From an uncultured Syntrophomonadaceae bacterium (GTDB lineage: Bacteria > Bacillota > Dethiobacteria > PWVN01): 42,643 bases of DNA. Below are positions 16,410 through 24,710 of the stretch, piece after piece (positions within the stretch are counted from its first letter, which is position 1; each line of letters starts with the position of its first letter). Both the position numbers and the translations under genes were made by a program. The stretch spans positions 1-42,643 of the forward strand of contig CAZIRG010000001.1 of assembly GCA_964541505.1 (NCBI GenBank), given 5' to 3'. The notes below the pieces were generated by a model, which had not been told where the DNA came from, did not search any database, and saw only the letters and a program-made list of their open reading frames with translations.

Positions 16410-17182
16410 TCTTTTAATTTCCCTCCTAAAAATCTATTTATTGCTTCTTCCAATTTGACCGTATTCACCCTGGTATTATAGCACGGACCAGCTGGTCTGT
16501 CATTAATAATCCCATAGACAGGCACCGGGCTGCTGTCTATTATACCACTATTCAAGTCACGTTCACAAGCCACCGCTAAAATAACCTGAGGCTTATGTTC
16601 CTTGACGGCTTGCCTGGCCAACGTTCCTCCTGTAACAACTTCTATCGCCACCTTATATTTTGTTGCCATCCGAGAGAGTGAACTTATATCACAATTTCCA
16701 CAGTGAAGGCAATTGGAAATATTCCTGGTCAGTTTATGGGGACAGTCATCTTTTTGTAGGCAGTGAGGCAATAAAATCAATAAATCTTCCGGAGAAACCG
16801 AAGTTTTTTTGCTTTCTACTAACTTATTATTTACTTCCACAAAGGAAATTTGGATATGTTCTTGCGTAATCTTTAAAATCCTGCCTATCTGAATAACAAA
16901 AGGATATAAAATGTTCATTGTCCGATAAACAGGCATTTGGAAAAAAGAAACGTTTCTACCTCGTAGTATAGACCAAACAAGTCCTACCATACCTACAGCA
17001 GCCAAAATAGTTAATATCAATAAGAGTATTATAACAATCATGAATATAACCCTATAGATATATTCCTGAGCAAAAGCCACTCTCCAAAGATAATAAATCA
17101 AACCAACAAATAAAAGAATACTAAGCGCCATCAAGCCTATAAAAACCCGCTTCCCGGATTTCGTCGTTTTTATTGCTTTCAT
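16406..17182 (-). CDS. DUF116-family Cys-rich membrane protein
   Basis: It has N-terminal TM helices, the Cys cluster CLQKDDCPHK...CLHCGNC and a position directly after fmt, as in many Clostridia. The family assignment is by recollection, not by search. Confidence 0.65.
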   Translation of the reverse strand: MKAIKTTKSGKRVFIGLMALSILLFVGLIYYLWRVAFAQEYIYRVIFMIVIILLLILTILAAVGMVGLVWSILRGRNVSFFQMPVYRTMNILYPFVIQIGRILKITQEHIQISFVEVNNKLVESKKTSVSPEDLLILLPHCLQKDDCPHKLTRNISNCLHCGNCDISSLSRMATKYKVAIEVVTGGTLARQAVKEHKPQVILAVACERDLNSGIIDSSPVPVYGIINDRPAGPCYNTRVNTVKLEEAINRFLGGKLKE

Positions 17183-18132
17183 TTATTTACACACCTTCGC
17201 ATCCTCGTTCCCACTACCAGCCCATATCCCCGGCTAAATTCTGCTGCTGTCATAACTTTTTTCCCGGCAGGTTGTACTTCCTTTAGCATAACTCCTCCTT
17301 CTCCTGCTGCTACCAAAATACCTTCTTTTGTCACCTTTATGACACTGCCTTGCTCTCCCTGGCAAAACAAATAAGAGGCTCTACGGATTTTAACTCGGCG
17401 TTGCTCAAAAAATGTATATGCTCCGGGAACCGGACTCAAAGCATTAATCAGGTTAACAATTTTTTTGCCTTCCCATGACCAATCAATTTTTTCTTCTTCC
17501 CGCTTAAGAAGAGGCGCATTGGAAGCTTCCTGGTTATTTTGGGGAATTCTACTGGCTTTTTTTTCTCTAATCAGGGACACAGCCTTTAATAAAACTTCTT
17601 TACCTAGAACAGCTAATCGATATTGTAACTCTCCTGTTGTTTCGCCTTCTTTTATGCGGACTTTTTCTTGGAGTATTATATCTCCTGTGTCCATACCCAC
17701 ATCCATATAATAGATGGTTACGCCGGTTTCTTTTTCCCCATTCATAATCGCCCGGTGCACCGGTGCTGCTCCCCGATAATGAGGCAAAAGTGAAGCATGT
17801 ACGTTTATAGCTCCTTGAGATGGAATTGCCAGAACTTCCCGAGGTAATATCTGCCCATAGGCTGCCGTTACCAACAAGTCGGGTGCCAGTAGTTTTAATA
17901 ACTTAACAAATTCAGGATTCTTCGCCTTTACCGGTTGCAAGCAGGTAAGACCTGCTGCTAAGGCATATTCTTTTACCGGGGAAAAAATAACTTTTTTACC
18001 ACGCCCACGTGGTCTATCAGGCTGTGTAACTACAGCTAGGAGATCATACTTTTCTTTCACTAATGCTTTTAAAGAAATCAAAGCAAACTCCGGCGTTCCC
18101 ATAAATATAATTTTAAAGTCTTTTTTTTCCAT
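17179..18132 (-). CDS. fmt: Methionyl-tRNA formyltransferase
   Basis: The blocks IIFMGTPEFA and HASLLPHYRGAAP are present, and it follows def. Confidence 0.92.
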   Translation of the reverse strand: MEKKDFKIIFMGTPEFALISLKALVKEKYDLLAVVTQPDRPRGRGKKVIFSPVKEYALAAGLTCLQPVKAKNPEFVKLLKLLAPDLLVTAAYGQILPREVLAIPSQGAINVHASLLPHYRGAAPVHRAIMNGEKETGVTIYYMDVGMDTGDIILQEKVRIKEGETTGELQYRLAVLGKEVLLKAVSLIREKKASRIPQNNQEASNAPLLKREEEKIDWSWEGKKIVNLINALSPVPGAYTFFEQRRVKIRRASYLFCQGEQGSVIKVTKEGILVAAGEGGVMLKEVQPAGKKVMTAAEFSRGYGLVVGTRMRRCVNK

Positions 18133-18145
18133 ATTAAGCCCTCTC

Positions 18146-18628
18146 TTATTTTGAAGGTATCTTACCGTAGGCTAAGTCATTTGAAATATTTGTCGCTTTA
18201 TCAATAAAAAGAATACCGTTAAGATGATCTATCTCGTGTTGCAAAATCCTGGCCAAAAGAGATTCAGCATGTACCCTTATTTTCTTCCCCTCCCGGTTCA
18301 ACCCCTCTATCTCAACTTCCGCCGCTCTTTCTACTTCTCCATAAAGACCTGGGCAACTCAAACAGCCTTCGTTAGCTGTTTCTACCCCTGTCGCCTTCAA
18401 AATAACAGGGTTTATCAATTCTAGAAAATTGTTCTGGTCAGGTTTAACTACAATAATACGTTTTCCTACTCCTATCTGAGGTGCTGCCAAACCAACACCA
18501 ACAGCTACCTCCATGGTTTCTGCCATATCCTCAAGAAGGCGAACAATAGCAGGAGTAATTTTTTTTACTTCTTTACTCCGCTGTCTTAGAATTGCATCAC
18601 CGTTTTTGCGAATAATACGTAATGCCAT
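18146..18628 (-). CDS. def: Peptide deformylase
   Basis: The three deformylase motifs GVGLAAPQIG, EGCLS and QHEIDHLNG are present. Confidence 0.93.
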   Translation of the reverse strand: MALRIIRKNGDAILRQRSKEVKKITPAIVRLLEDMAETMEVAVGVGLAAPQIGVGKRIIVVKPDQNNFLELINPVILKATGVETANEGCLSCPGLYGEVERAAEVEIEGLNREGKKIRVHAESLLARILQHEIDHLNGILFIDKATNISNDLAYGKIPSK

Positions 18629-18668
18629 ATTTTTCTTCCCCTCTTCTCCTATTAACCTTTCAATTTCT

Positions 18669-20879
18669 CTATAACATATTCAGCGGATCTACATCCGGGA
18701 TAATAGTTAAATGCCGATAATTCTTCTTAATAAATTCAATCCCTTGGCGAGCTACTAATCTCAAGTCTTCTCTGTTATTTCCTTTTAAAACTAAGTGCCG
18801 ACGATAATTATCCTTTATCTTGGCAAAAGAACAAGGGGCAGGACCTAAACATTCTACCTGAAGATTGTTTTTGGTTACCTCTGCCAACTTTCTGGAAGCT
18901 TCTGATAAGATATTTTCGTCTTTACTAGTTAAAAGCAATCTTAACATGTAACTGTGTGGGGGGTAAGATAATTCTTTGCGTATAGCAATCTCCTGTGCAA
19001 AAAACCCCTTAAAATCATGTTTTTGGGCTGCCAGAATACTATAATGCTCCGGAGCATAAGTTTGCACAATCACTTCGCCGGGAAACTTGCCCCGACCTGC
19101 TCTGCCGGCAACCTGTGTCAAAAGCTGAAATGTTTTTTCACCAGCTCGAAAATCAGGGAGGGTTAACCCTGTGTCAGCTATAATCACCCCTACTAGTGCA
19201 ATATCAGCAATATCTAGTCCTTTGGCTATCATTTGGGTACCTATTAAAATTCCCGGTCCTTTTTTTTGAAATGATTGCAAAATTTTTACATGGGCATCTT
19301 TTCGGGAAGCAGTATCTACATCTAGACGCCAGATGCCTGTTGCAGGAAATAGTTTAGAAATTTCTTCTTCTACTTTCTGGGTACCTGTGCCAAAATACTT
19401 TATATAATGTGAACTACAAGCAGGGCAAACTTGCGGTACCTTGATCAAATAAGAGCAATAGTGACAGATAAGCTTGGGTTGCTGCGAATGAAAAGTGAGA
19501 GAAATATCACAGGAAGGACAACGCATAACCAGACCACACCCTCGACACAAAACACAGGTAGAATGCCCCCGGCGATTCAAAAACAGCAAGGCCTTGTTGC
19601 CTTTATTCAGAGTTTCAGTAAGTCGAGAGATCAGTAGGCTGCTAAACATTGTTCTGTTCCCAGCTTTTAGTTCCTTCCGCATATCTAATATTTTAACTTT
19701 AGGCATCTTTTCCCCTGTCACCCTCCAGGGAAGTTCTAGAAGTTTGTATTCATTTTTGATAGCTTTCCAGTAACTCTCTAGGGAAGGAGTAGCACTTCCC
19801 AGTACTAGGAGCGCACCATTCCTGCGAGCACGTTCTTCGGCCAGCACTGCCGCATGGTAACGAGGAGTTTCTCCCTGCTTATAAGTCCATTCATGCTCTT
19901 CATCTAGAATGATGATACCCAAGTTACTGACAGGTGCAAAAACAGCGGAACGTGCTCCTACAGCAATGCATGCCTCCCCAGATAAAAGACGACACCACTC
20001 ATCATATCTTTCTCCTTGAGAAAGTTTGCTGTGTAAGAGTGCTACCCTACTGCCAAAAAAACTGCGAAATCTTTCTATCATTAAGGGTGTCAAGGAAATC
20101 TCAGGGACCATCACAATAGCCCCTTTTCCTCGCTGTAAAACCTGCTCTATAGACCTTAAATAAATCTCTGTTTTACCGCTTCCTGTCACTCCATGCAGTA
20201 GAAAAGTTTTCTTCTCCCCTGTTTCTATACTTTTTTGAAGCTCCTCCAAAGCTCTAAGCTGTTCTGGAGTTAAAATCAACTGTTTTTTGGTTGGCTGCGA
20301 AAGTGTTTTCAAGGGCTTTCTTGGCATAGTTCCTTCTATCAGCTGCAGGTAGCCTTTTTTTTGCATCGCTCTGATGACTGCATAATCAGTCGACGTCTCC
20401 TTTAGCAAATGTGAGAGGGTCTGAAAAACATCCTTTTTTAGATGATTTAGAACACGCACTTGGCGAGGGGCTTTGTTTTCTAGTAGTATCAGTTTGTCAG
20501 CTAGTTGTTTTGAATCTAGAGAAAGTTGTACAAACTTTACCTTTTTCTGCCTGATTCCCGCCGGAAAAGGCAACATAGCCTGTAAAACAGCTGCCCGACT
20601 ACATAAATAATAATCCCTTATCCAGCGAGAAAGATCGAGAAGTTCTGGCGTTAAATAGGGAACTACATCCAATGGTTTTAATATCTCTTTAGCAGCAGCT
20701 ACCTCCGGCTTATCTACAAACGCCAGCACAAAAGCCTCTACTTGCCGATGTCCAAAGGGGACCTGTATACGCATACCCGGTTGAATTAATTTTTCATAGT
20801 GAGACGGTAAAGCATAGTGGAAGGGTTTATTCACAGCTGCTGCTGTTACAGATATTTGTACTTCTATATACTTGGTCAT
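18669..20879 (-). CDS. priA: Primosomal replication-restart helicase PriA
   Basis: It has Walker A GVTGSGKTEIY, DEEHE and the Cys-rich zinc insert CRGCG...CPSC...CHYC...CPAC. Confidence 0.92.
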   Translation of the reverse strand: MTKYIEVQISVTAAAVNKPFHYALPSHYEKLIQPGMRIQVPFGHRQVEAFVLAFVDKPEVAAAKEILKPLDVVPYLTPELLDLSRWIRDYYLCSRAAVLQAMLPFPAGIRQKKVKFVQLSLDSKQLADKLILLENKAPRQVRVLNHLKKDVFQTLSHLLKETSTDYAVIRAMQKKGYLQLIEGTMPRKPLKTLSQPTKKQLILTPEQLRALEELQKSIETGEKKTFLLHGVTGSGKTEIYLRSIEQVLQRGKGAIVMVPEISLTPLMIERFRSFFGSRVALLHSKLSQGERYDEWCRLLSGEACIAVGARSAVFAPVSNLGIIILDEEHEWTYKQGETPRYHAAVLAEERARRNGALLVLGSATPSLESYWKAIKNEYKLLELPWRVTGEKMPKVKILDMRKELKAGNRTMFSSLLISRLTETLNKGNKALLFLNRRGHSTCVLCRGCGLVMRCPSCDISLTFHSQQPKLICHYCSYLIKVPQVCPACSSHYIKYFGTGTQKVEEEISKLFPATGIWRLDVDTASRKDAHVKILQSFQKKGPGILIGTQMIAKGLDIADIALVGVIIADTGLTLPDFRAGEKTFQLLTQVAGRAGRGKFPGEVIVQTYAPEHYSILAAQKHDFKGFFAQEIAIRKELSYPPHSYMLRLLLTSKDENILSEASRKLAEVTKNNLQVECLGPAPCSFAKIKDNYRRHLVLKGNNREDLRLVARQGIEFIKKNYRHLTIIPDVDPLNML

Positions 20880-20885
20880 AAAGAT

Positions 20886-22091
20886 TTATCTTCTTCCTCT
20901 TCTTATCTCCGTAATCTTATCTAATATTTTATTAGCAACTTTATCTTTAGTTGCTAGAGGAATATCCTCCACAAAACCATCTGGTAAAAGAAGTTTTACA
21001 GCATTGTCATCAACAGCAAAACCAGCTTCTGGTCGGCTGACATCGTTGACTGCTATAAGGTCAAGATTTTTCTCGTACATCTTTTTAGCGGCATTAGAAA
21101 GTAAATCCTGGGTTTCTGCAGCAAAACCAACTAATATTTGCCCACTTTTTTTCTTTGTACCCAAAGTTTTTAGGATATCCGGATTTCTCTCTAGCTTTAT
21201 TTCCATAAGAAAACTTTTTTTGATCTTATGAGGCTCAATTTGTAATGGTCGGTAATCGGCTACAGCAGCAGCTTTAATAATAATGTCCATTTCCGCAGCC
21301 AGAGAAGTTACTATTGCATACATTTCACGCGCAGTCTTTATTTCTTTAAAATCGACTCCAGCAGGAGGAGTAAGTGAGGTAGGTCCGCTTATCAAGGTAA
21401 CTTTTCCTCCCCTTTCACTGGCAGCTCTAGCTAGGGCATAACCCATTTTGCCACTGGAATAATTACTGAAATAACGAACAGGATCAAGTGGTTCTTGTGT
21501 AGGTCCTGCTGTAATCATTACTCTAAGCCCGACTAAGTCTTTTTGCTGTTTAAGGGAAAGTCGCACTAAATCCAAAATAGTAGACGGCTCAGCCATCCTA
21601 CCTTTGCCAACAACACCACAAGCCAATTCTCCGCTGTCCGGTTCTATTATGATTACCCCCCTGTTTCGCAATATTGCTAAATTTTGCTGTAATACAGAGT
21701 CATTGTACATGGCAAAATTCATAGCCGGAGCCAGAAAGGTAGGGCTATCTCCCCTAGCTAGAAAAATAGTGGAGAGAAGGTCATCAGCCAATCCATAAGC
21801 CATTTTAGCAATTATATTAGCTGTAGCCGGTGCCACCACCAAAACAGTTGCCCAGTCTGTCAGGCTAACATGCTTAATTCTAAAATTTTCTACCTCAGAA
21901 AAAACGCTGGTATAGACAGGATTAGTGCTCAAGGTTTGCAAAGTCAGCGGAGTAATAAACTTGCATGCATTCGTAGTCATAATAACCTGCACAGCAGCAT
22001 TTTCTTTAACAAATAAACGGCAAAGTTCTGCCGCTTTATAGGCAGCAATACCTCCTGAAATACCTAGGAGAATATTTTCGCCTTTCACCAC
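20886..22091 (-). CDS. coaBC: Bifunctional phosphopantothenoylcysteine decarboxylase / phosphopantothenate-cysteine ligase
   Basis: It has the flavoprotein N-terminus GISGGIAAYKA and the C-terminal CoaB block ITAGPTQEPLDPVRYFSNYSSGKMG. The start is GTG with the SD GAGGTG. Confidence 0.92.
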   Translation of the reverse strand: MVKGENILLGISGGIAAYKAAELCRLFVKENAAVQVIMTTNACKFITPLTLQTLSTNPVYTSVFSEVENFRIKHVSLTDWATVLVVAPATANIIAKMAYGLADDLLSTIFLARGDSPTFLAPAMNFAMYNDSVLQQNLAILRNRGVIIIEPDSGELACGVVGKGRMAEPSTILDLVRLSLKQQKDLVGLRVMITAGPTQEPLDPVRYFSNYSSGKMGYALARAASERGGKVTLISGPTSLTPPAGVDFKEIKTAREMYAIVTSLAAEMDIIIKAAAVADYRPLQIEPHKIKKSFLMEIKLERNPDILKTLGTKKKSGQILVGFAAETQDLLSNAAKKMYEKNLDLIAVNDVSRPEAGFAVDDNAVKLLLPDGFVEDIPLATKDKVANKILDKITEIRRGRR

Positions 22092-22116
22092 ACCTACACC
22101 TCACTGTTCAAAGTTT

Positions 22117-22262
22117 GTAACTACTTAGCTAAGCTGCTACAGCAACACCACGTTCGCTGGATTTTATATGTGTATCGGTGCTCACTTTGGTATTTGCTGC
22201 AGCAGCTTGAGAGCAACGCATGAGATAATTTTAAAAACAGCTCTATAGACCTGAGTAGTTAC
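22117..22262 (+). mobile_element. Complete 146-bp MITE (family A) with TIRs and an 8-bp target-site duplication
   Basis: The TIRs are GTAACTACTTAG (22117-22128) and CTGAGTAGTTAC (22251-22262), matching 11/12. The direct repeat CAAAGTTT occurs at 22109-22116 and 22263-22270. An internal inverted repeat pairs 22131-22145 with 22194-22208 (14/15). Confidence 0.85.
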
Positions 22263-22271
22263 CAAAGTTTT

Positions 22272-22469
22272 TTATCTACGCTCATAAACTGTTTCTCCCC
22301 TGAATATTTCTTCCAAGGCTATAGTAATTTCGTTCCTAAACTTCCCATTTGTTTTTTTCTTTTCCATAAGTTCCTCTTTTATTTGCCTCGCTCTGCGAGC
22401 AGCAATAATAACCAAAGTATATTTACTATCAACCTGTTTCATAAGTTCGGTAATAGAAGGATAAATCAC
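22272..22469 (-). CDS. rpoZ: DNA-directed RNA polymerase subunit omega
   Basis: It is 65 aa, contains YTLVIIAARRARQI and lies directly after gmk. Confidence 0.88.
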   Translation of the reverse strand: MIYPSITELMKQVDSKYTLVIIAARRARQIKEELMEKKKTNGKFRNEITIALEEIFRGETVYERR

Positions 22470-22482
22470 CTGGTGCCCTCCT

Positions 22483-23109
22483 TTAAAGTGGGAAACATAT
22501 ATGTTCCCCTTCTAATATCTTATTAATCAACTTTTTATTTCTGGACGCTCTTCTTCTTTCTGCTCTTAAAATAGATTTAATATCAGCAACAGCTCTTCCG
22601 AGATTGTCATTTAAAACAACAAAATCATAAATATCCAGAGACTTGAGTTCTTCCAAGGCAAGATTTAATCTTTTTTTGATAATTTCTTCTTTCTCTGTTC
22701 CTCTTTTAGTAATCCTCGATCTGAGTTCCTGAAAAGAGGGTGGAAGCAAAAAAATAAAAAGACCTGCCGGGAAAGTTTTTTTAACTTGCCGAGCACCTTG
22801 CGTATCTATTTCCAACAAAACATCTTTGCCCTGACGCATTTTCTCTGCAATAAACTTTTGGGGAGTACCATAAAAATCCCCATAAATTTCTGCCCATTCC
22901 AAGAAAGCTCCTTCTCCCACCAGCTGCAAAAAATTACTTCTGGAAACAAAGAAATAGTTTGTCCCCTCTTTTTCTCCTGCACGAGGAGGACGCGTAGTCA
23001 TAGAAACAGAAAGACTTAACTCTGGGCTTGTCTTTAGCAAAGTACTGCAAACAGTACCTTTTCCAACTCCTGATGGTCCCGAAACTACTACCAGGAGACC
23101 TTCTCCCAT
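22483..23109 (-). CDS. gmk: Guanylate kinase
   Basis: The blocks GPSGVGKGTV and TTRPPRAGE..G.NYFFVS are present. Confidence 0.93.
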   Translation of the reverse strand: MGEGLLVVVSGPSGVGKGTVCSTLLKTSPELSLSVSMTTRPPRAGEKEGTNYFFVSRSNFLQLVGEGAFLEWAEIYGDFYGTPQKFIAEKMRQGKDVLLEIDTQGARQVKKTFPAGLFIFLLPPSFQELRSRITKRGTEKEEIIKKRLNLALEELKSLDIYDFVVLNDNLGRAVADIKSILRAERRRASRNKKLINKILEGEHICFPL

Positions 23110-23112
23110 TCT

Positions 23113-23391
23113 TTACTCACCTTCCATATCTTTGGTAGAAGAAGTATTCTCCTTGGAATAAAGGCGATGTTTTACCGTCTCTGGCTGTACTGCAGATAAA
23201 ACAACATGCTCGCTGTCAGCAACAATGACAGCCCTAGTTCTTCTCCCATAAGTAGCATCAATCAACATGCCTCTATCCCGAGCTTCAGTAATAATTCTTT
23301 TGATAGGAGCAGATTCAGGACTTACAACAGCTATGATACGATTAGCAGCTACAATATTACCAAACCCAATATTAATTAATTTTACCGACAT
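23113..23391 (-). CDS. remA: RemA/DUF370-family regulator
   Basis: It contains [27 protein letters not shown] and lies between yicC and gmk, as in B. subtilis (ylzA). Confidence 0.88.
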   Translation of the reverse strand: MSVKLINIGFGNIVAANRIIAVVSPESAPIKRIITEARDRGMLIDATYGRRTRAVIVADSEHVVLSAVQPETVKHRLYSKENTSSTKDMEGE

Positions 23392-23411
23392 TTGGATTCC
23401 TCCTAAATTAG

Positions 23412-23510
23412 AGGTGAGAAGTGGGAGGCTGGAGACGATGTTTCCCTTCTAACTTCCAACTTCACACCTTCGTAACTCCTGTAACCTGTAAGCTGCAAAC
23501 TAATAACAGC
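23412..23510. repeat. Degenerate heptamer tract
   Basis: A purine-rich arm AGGTGAGAAGTGGGAGG (23412-23428) faces a pyrimidine-rich arm CTTCCAACTTCACACCT (23453-23469). GTAAC-type heptamers follow (GTAACCT GTAAGCT GCAAACT, 23481-23501). The two arms are complementary at 14/17 positions. All units were read directly from the sequence. Confidence 0.6.
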
Positions 23511-23558
23511 ATGACATTAGCTAATTTTCGTTGGCTAACGTTTAACACTAAATGTTAG

Positions 23559-23671
23559 GTAACTATTCAGCTACAGCCAGTTTCCAATTAAAAACCGGGT
23601 AATCACTGTAAACTGTAAACCGTAAAGTGGTATTCAATCTCTAACTATTACGTTAGTGCCTGAATAGTTAC
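23559..23671 (-). mobile_element. Complete 113-bp MITE (family A-prime) with perfect TIRs and a perfect 8-bp target-site duplication
   Basis: The TIRs are GTAACTATTCAG (23559-23570) and CTGAATAGTTAC (23660-23671), matching 12/12. AATGTTAG occurs at 23551-23558 and 23672-23679. It is a shorter sibling of 2390-2572. Confidence 0.85.
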
Positions 23672-23744
23672 AATGTTAGTTTTTAACCTACGCCTATATA
23701 GTATAACGTAATCTTTGCAAAAAATGCAAGAGGGATTTTTGTTT

Positions 23745-24626
23745 TTACTCTATATTTTGCAATTGTTCTCTTATTTTCTCGATTTCGCTTTTTATCTCTA
23801 CCACTCGACTGGAAATTTCGTAGTCATTAGCCTTGGAAGCTATGGTGTTGATTTCTCTGTAAATCTCCTGTACGATAAAATCCATCTTGCGACCCACCGG
23901 CTCCTTTTGCTGTAACGTCATCAAAAAAGCTTTGTTGTGGCTCTTGAAGCGTACCAACTCTTCTGTTATATCACTTTTTTCTGCGAAAATTACTACTTCC
24001 ATCAGCAAACGACTCTCTTCAATTTCTTGCTCTTGCAAAAATTCTGCTACCCGCTCTTGTAGCCTTTTCCGGTATTCTTCGACAACAGAAGAAGTCCTCT
24101 CCTCAATATTCTGCACTAGAGTATCAGCTTTGAGCAAACACTCCTGCATACTTAAAGCCAACTCTCGACCTTCGTCTTCTCGGCTTTTGACAAGATTATC
24201 CAAAGCCTCTTGCAACGCCAACGACAGATCCTGCCAGATAGAAGTCAGATATTCTTCCTTATCAATGGAGATAATATCAGGGAAACGAGCCAACAAAGGC
24301 GGAAAAGAACACCCTATATTTTGCTTAAACGCCAATTCTTCCAGTTCCTTAACAGCCTGCAAATAAGCAGTAGCAAGATTTTTATCCATTTTTACTTGGA
24401 ACCGGTTTCCTTCTTTTTTTGCTATATTTATAAACACCTCCACTCTGCCTCGGGCTACATATTGCCTTATAGTTTTTTTAATTTTATCTTCCAAGAACAT
24501 AATCTCCCTAGGAGCACGAACAGCAATATCACAATAACGATGGTTTACCGTTTTTATCTCTACAGATACCTCGTACTCCTCTCCCACCTGTTTTCCTCTC
24601 CCATAACCAGTCATACTTTTAATCAT
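23745..24626 (-). CDS. yicC: YicC/YloC-family protein (stress-induced endoribonuclease family)
   Basis: It has the MIKSMTGYGRG N-terminus and the C-terminal block GRKMDFIVQEIYREINTI. The start is set at ATG 24626, and the ORF-track start at 24662 is in the same frame. Confidence 0.88.
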   Translation of the reverse strand: MIKSMTGYGRGKQVGEEYEVSVEIKTVNHRYCDIAVRAPREIMFLEDKIKKTIRQYVARGRVEVFINIAKKEGNRFQVKMDKNLATAYLQAVKELEELAFKQNIGCSFPPLLARFPDIISIDKEEYLTSIWQDLSLALQEALDNLVKSREDEGRELALSMQECLLKADTLVQNIEERTSSVVEEYRKRLQERVAEFLQEQEIEESRLLMEVVIFAEKSDITEELVRFKSHNKAFLMTLQQKEPVGRKMDFIVQEIYREINTIASKANDYEISSRVVEIKSEIEKIREQLQNIE

Positions 24627-24632
24627 AAAGTT

Positions 24633-24641
24633 CCCCCCCCC
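24633..24641 (-). repeat. Homopolymer G9 (C9 on the plus strand) forming the Shine-Dalgarno region of yicC
   Basis: The minus strand reads GAAGGGGGGGGGAACTTTATG, with the tract ending 6 nt before the start codon. Confidence 0.8.
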
Positions 24642-24710
24642 TTCTCTTTCAAGCAACCACAAGGGATTGCCTCTACTAACTTGCCCACTTCTCGTTCCCC
24701 TCCTAATATC

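Noticed and set aside
20872-21231. A 119-aa plus-strand ORF overlapping the priA start and the coaBC 3' end
   Set aside because: It is antisense to coaBC, has no motif and no SD. The same reasoning applies to 12334-12669 (antisense to rsgA), 39566-39898 and 40188-40469 (antisense to nrdD), 31551-31850 (antisense to lspA/DUF5665) and 6955-7260.
22210-22240. An outward-facing promoter inside family A MITEs (TGAGATAAT, an extended -10-like sequence)
   Set aside because: There is no acceptable -35 at the right spacing. It would fire antisense into rpoZ or the GGT gene. It is too speculative without transcript data.
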